The notes under the pieces: generated by a model
What the model saw: only the letters and a program-made list of their open reading frames with translations
Databases searched by the model: none
What the model was told of the DNA's origin: nothing
Program-made: the position numbers and the translations under genes
In this document: positions 58,894 through 64,000 of the stretch, in pieces
How positions within the stretch are numbered: position 1 is the stretch's first letter
How the letters are laid out: each line of letters begins with the position of its first letter
From: Selaginella moellendorffii
Lineage: Eukaryota; Plantae; Lycopodiophyta
Assembly (NCBI RefSeq): GCF_000143415.4
Contig: NW_003314263.1
Coordinates: forward strand, 2,010,749-2,074,748
DNA length: 64,000 bases
Direction of reading: 5' to 3'

Positions 58894-59295
58894 TCTCCGC
58901 GAGAGAGATTTTGCTATCGATCGGGCCTGCGCAGAACTCCGATCGATTACATAGAGAACAATTACCCTAAGTGCGAGCGTTCGAATCCCATGGCCTTGGT
59001 CGTCTCTCCCACACGAGAATTAGGGCTCTTGGACGAGATCTAGAGCTGGGAACGCATGCATGTCTCTAGCCGGCCGTCGATTGGCGCCAGTGGACGGCAC
59101 GGATTTGTTATCTAGGGTTGTGTGACGGGGGAGAGAGCGCTAGGGTTTAGTGCGCTGTGGCATGACGAGCTGGTCTAGGCGAGCGCTGGATCCCGCCGGG
59201 GCTAGGAAAGGGCTCGGCTGAATGATTTCCACTCGCGCTTCTGCTCGCGATGACGCTTCTTCGCGGGAGGATGGGCTAGCGGTGGATTTTGTCCG

Positions 59296-62200
59296 ATGGC
59301 GCCGAGCAAGAAGCGAGGCAGGAGCTCGTCGATTGCCGCTGCCGCTGCCGCCGAATGGAGCGTGGGGGATTTGGTGCTGGCAAAGGTGAAGGGATTCCCG
59401 GCATGGCCGGCCCAGGTAATTTGAGCTTCTTCTTTGTGCCTTTTGCTAGAAATTCTTGATAACAAGAAGGCGAAGATCCCTGTAGGTGAGCAAACCAGAG
59501 GCATTTGGTCAGCATCACAATCCGGCCCGCGTGTTCGTGGTCTTCTTTGGAACTAAGCAGATGTAAGTAGCCCCTTTTTTCTTTCGCCCTTTGTTATCAA
59601 TAGCTAGTTTTACTCTTGTTGACGCTTCCAGACGATTTTGCCATCACTCCGAGATCTCGAAATTCACTCCGGAGGCCAAAGCTTCGCTCGTCGCTAAAGC
59701 CCACTCGAAGTGTACGCCGGCCGACCTTCGCCTTGCGGTGAGTGAGATCTGTGACGTAGCCGAGAAGGTAGAAGTAGGCTCGGGAGATGGAGATATGAAT
59801 GGTAGAAGCGGGATAGAGTTTAGGGAGCTAGAAGATGGCGAGGCTAGTTGTGTAATGGATCTAGGTGGTAAGCTTGACGTAGAGGGGCAGGCAGGGAATG
59901 GGGGGACGTCAGAGATGGAGGACTACGATTTAGGATGGGGATCAGGTAGCTCGTTGGATGGGAATTCGGACGATGATACGACTCCGAAAGGAATTGTGCT
60001 GCACGAGAAGGTCCAGACGAATTTCGCTTCGCACGAAGAGCTCGACACCTTTGACAGTTTTGACTTCTTCAACGAGGAGGTTGTCAATGTACCTTCTACC
60101 GTGCGAGCGGACAAGAAGAAGGCTGGTAAGGCTGAGAAGCCCGCAAAGCAAAGGACGCCCGCGAAGTCTAGGAAGTCAGCACCTGTAAATTCTACGACGC
60201 CTGTATTCCCTCCGAATTTTTGTCGGAAGAAGAGGAAGCAGATGACTGTGAAAGCATCTACGCCTCGAGGAGTGGTTCGGAAAGATGTAAGTTATGGCAT
60301 CCAGCGGTACTTGACTTACATTACTTATTTTTTCAGGATAATAGCGACGAGGACCACGCTACGCCACCAACCGCAGATGAGTTTCAAGAGTACACGTTTA
60401 GGCGGAAGGTTACGTTGAAGAAGAGGCTTCGACCGGCTTTTGAATCAAGGTCCGCGGAAACAGACTCTGATCACAACAAAGATAAGCCGGACACTTCTAA
60501 CGAGACGTCTCCAATCACTCAAGATCCTGATAGTAATCTACCTATCGTGAAGAGAGCCAGAGCTAGAGCTGCGAAGGAACCAGCGATTGATAAGCACAGC
60601 GAGGAAGAGGAGAAAAGGGGACCCCCACATTCACCACCTTCGTCGACAACGGACACACCGACTTGCAATGGTTCAGAGTCGACGAAGGCAACAGAAGAGA
60701 GAGCATCAGATGGAAAACCGAGATTCGAGGAGAAGTATACCGGACTTAGCTTACCTCCTAAAGCAGAGAAGTATAGAATGCGCAACAGTCTTGCAGACAG
60801 TGAAGCGGCTCTTCCTCCATCAAAGCGACTTCATCGTGCCTTAGAAGCTATGACCGCGTGCGTCGCAGAAGCTGCTAAAGAAGAAACTGCTAGGGATGCA
60901 AAGCTGGAGGAACCACCTGACAACGTCAGCCAGAAGTCCGATTCTACTGAGCAGACGAGATTGAGTGAGGGGGTGGTGGTCAAGAATTGTGTCGCTGATG
61001 ACGCTGATAAGCTACAGGAGGTCACCGTTACTTCTAAAGAGTTTGTGGACAAGGAAATGGACCCTGCGTCGGTTGGCCTGGGCAGTGAAGATCTACAGCA
61101 ATCAGAAGTCCTCTCGGTGACCAGTATCCAAGTTTCAGTGAAGGCCGAAGTTACTCAGGATACCCCCGTCAGTCCCGCTGTTCAAGAAGTTGTAGAGGTT
61201 GCAGAAGAACTGGTTGTAAAGGCAGAGTCGGCTATTTCATCTCAAGCTAAGGTTCAGGCAAGTCCATCCGGTAACACTCTCGGGGAAGACAGAAGGGATG
61301 TTGAAACAGGACCTCCTTCTGATGCTGGTGGAACTCAGATGGACAATCCAGAGGATAGGACTCCCTTGTCTTCTGCATTGTCGCCCGTCTCCATGGATCT
61401 TTCCGAGGGCAAGAGTGACGTAAAAGCTGGTGTTCTGGAGTTTGAATCGAAGAGTGACGAGCTTCAAAGCACCGCGGAAAACTCAGAAGCTAAAACTCCA
61501 AGTATGGCTGACATGAAGTATTCTCCCGTGTCTCCGAGGGCGGATGACGGTGAGATTGCTCGATTTCACGCGGAGTCTCTAGTCCGAAGGGACGAGCCTG
61601 TTAGCAAAGGTCGTCTGTCTATTGATGGGCAAGGAGCTCCGAAAGAAAGAAGGCAGCCGGAGAAGAACTCGCCGTCTGCATGGTGGGGGCGTTCTTCACA
61701 CTTGTCGAAGTTTCACAGAGGAGAGGACAAGCGGAAACTGGAAAACCACTTTGAGGTTTCTTTATATCGAAAGGATGGTGCTCTTGCGAAAACAGCGCTA
61801 GAGAGGCTACAGAGTATGTCTCCAGCGAAGATCTCTCCCGGAAGTATGAGATATTCTCCAGTTTCTCCGGCACTTCGAGAAGAAGGAAACAAAGTGCTTT
61901 TTGATCATGCTGTTACGGTGAAGTCTTCACGCGAAGGTGGCACCAAGGTTCAGCTTGAGAAGCTTGATACTTCTGGACGTGGCAGTCGGCACTCTTCAAA
62001 GCCTGGAATCTCCGAGACTTCTCCCGGTACAACGAAGGCTAGGGGCCTTTCTACGGACAAACCAAAAACTTCGAACTCCAAAATGAGGAGGCATTCTCCG
62101 GTGAGACATGGAACGGAAACCTCCAGTCTCGTTTCAGAAAGAGGTACGACTGAAAGCCACTCCGGTGAATCTTTAGCGAGTGAAAACGAACACACGTCTG

Positions 62201-64000
62201 CGAGAACAAGCTCTTTGAGAACGAAGGCCGCAGGACATCAGGATTCATTCAAGCTGAATGATATTTCAGCGTCGAAGCTTCATAGCGACAACAACGTTCG
62301 GAAAGCGTAAGTATTTTCTGCTATCTAGTGAACGTTTCTTCTTAAAACTGGTTCACATTTACAGGTATGAAGCTGCCAAGGAGCTGAAGCAGAAGCTGGC
62401 GTCAAAAGACGGTGATACATCCACGTCTATGAAGTATATAATGGCAGCAGTTCAGTCCAAAGTACCAGGACCTGTGACTCCGATGGATGTTGGTACCGGA
62501 CCTGAAATTGTTATGGAGCAGGCCTCTGGAGCGAGCAAAGATTTACCTTCTCTGCCGACTGCTAATGATGAAGCGGAAACTGCGAGGAATGTCTTTGAGG
62601 GGTTACTGGACAATTTGTCTCGCGCCAAAGAGAGCATACATTGTGCGACACGGCAGGCTATAGATTGTGCTAAGCTCAATCTTGCCGACCAGGTTTCTTT
62701 CGATCCTTTTGACTTTCATATATATTGTATTGACGTTGCTGTTATCAGGTAATCGATATCATAGCGAAGAGATTGGAAGCGGAACAAAGCTTATCCCGGC
62801 GCATCGACTTATTCTTTCTTGTGGATTCCATTACTGTGAGTTCACATAATTTGCGAGGTACAGATGCATGTTTTCCTTTTCGTTTTCCTGGAGTTCTAAC
62901 TTTGCGTGCTTTGTTCCAGGTACACCCGCTGGCGTGTACCGACACATTGTACACAATGCCTTACCCCGGTTGTTAAGCTCTGCAGCACCACCGGGGAATT
63001 TTGCTAGGGAAAACCGTCGCCAATGTTTAAAAGTAAGGTTTGTGCATATACCTGCATTCTTCTTGACAGTTAAGCTATGTGGTCTTGCAGGTGTTTAAAC
63101 TCTGGCATGAACGAAATGTATTTCCCCCGACTGTCATACGGCACTTCATGCGCGAGATTGAGCTACACAATTGCGACAGAGTGCTTATGAATATGAGCCG
63201 ACGGCCTGCTAGAAACGAACGCCCCGTCGATGACCCCATACGAGAAATGGAAGGAATGCAAGTCGACGAGTATGGAAGGTAAGTTCTCGTTTTATACATT
63301 CGGAGTTGTCAATTCTCATATCATTTTTTGCAGCAATGCGAGCTTTACGTTACCTGGTGTCAGTATCCCGCGTATGTTTGAAGAAGAAGAAGAAGCCAAC
63401 GCGGGTGGAACGGAAGCAAACGCCGGTGAAGATTACGCAGTTGCGACTGTTACACCTCACGATCCCGTGGAGAGACATCGTCATGTCCTGGAAGACGTGG
63501 ACGGGGAGCTCGAGATGGAGGACGTCTCGCCAGAGACGGATACCTGGCAAAGGCAGTACGTTTCTCCAGCGTCTATTCTTACAGGTCCGCCGCTCCCGAT
63601 CTGTCCCCCTCCCAGTCCGCCTCCGCTACCTTCCTCTCCGCCTCCGAGCACTCCTCCTCCACCGCCACCTTCATCTCCGCCGCCACCACCTCAAGACGTA
63701 GCCGATCCAGGTGCCTATCCAGACAGCTTCTCTCCAGGCTACCACCATGCTCGAAACGCTGTGCAGCAGCCATCCAACGGGCCTGAATCTTACGAGCACT
63801 ACAACCCGGGTGTCTACGGTGACGAAGGCTACGGCATGCCAGTGGATCACGGCTACAATTCTTACGGTGGATTTTCAGACATGCCACCGGGTCCGATATC
63901 TCCTCAGTACGACGGTCACCACGGACATCACTACGGTGGACAGCACTATCCGGCCGATGGTCACTCTTACCAGGGAGATTATCCTTACCAGGCTTATGGT
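59296..64000 (+). CDS. HUA2/HULK-like protein (PWWP, CID/RPR, proline-rich region), truncated by window end
   Basis: WSVGDLVLAKVKGFPAWPA; EAALPPSKRLHRALEAM; LSRAKESIHCATRQAIDCAK; RRIDLFFLVDSIT; RNERPVDDPIREMEGMQVDEYG; HVLEDVDGELEMEDV; poly-Pro. Confidence 0.93.

Overview
Plant nuclear genomic DNA, probably a lycophyte such as Selaginella (inferred from ~50-70 bp introns, very high gene density and gene content; not verified). The left ~26 kb is mostly nested, decayed transposons. An outer Ty3/gypsy element (tRNA-Ala PBS) contains two insertions: a complete 5.6 kb chromovirus (self-priming-type PBS, G-GGA-AAC -1 frameshift signal) and a 195 bp solo LTR carrying a 5S-rRNA-like Pol III internal promoter (Cassandra-like). 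Next come a CYP71-clan P450 pseudogene and a dirigent gene separated by a hAT element, then a scrambled Copia region with a second hAT insertion. The right ~37 kb is a compact gene block with many head-to-head pairs: PRT6, a P-class PPR gene, a signal-peptide-bearing PEBP (MFT/FT family), ORG4-like, NIP7, 14-3-3, class I TCP, TMEM258/OST5 (absent from the ORF track), NHL/LEA_2, class 3 lipase, alpha-amylase plus a partial duplicate, a TPR-SET pseudogene, TANGO2 and a HUA2-like gene running off the end. Best leads: the 5S-bearing solo LTR, the self-priming chromovirus, the putatively secreted PEBP, and a cluster of tRNA T-arm/B-box motifs in a bidirectional promoter. All family assignments come from recalled motifs; no database search was run.
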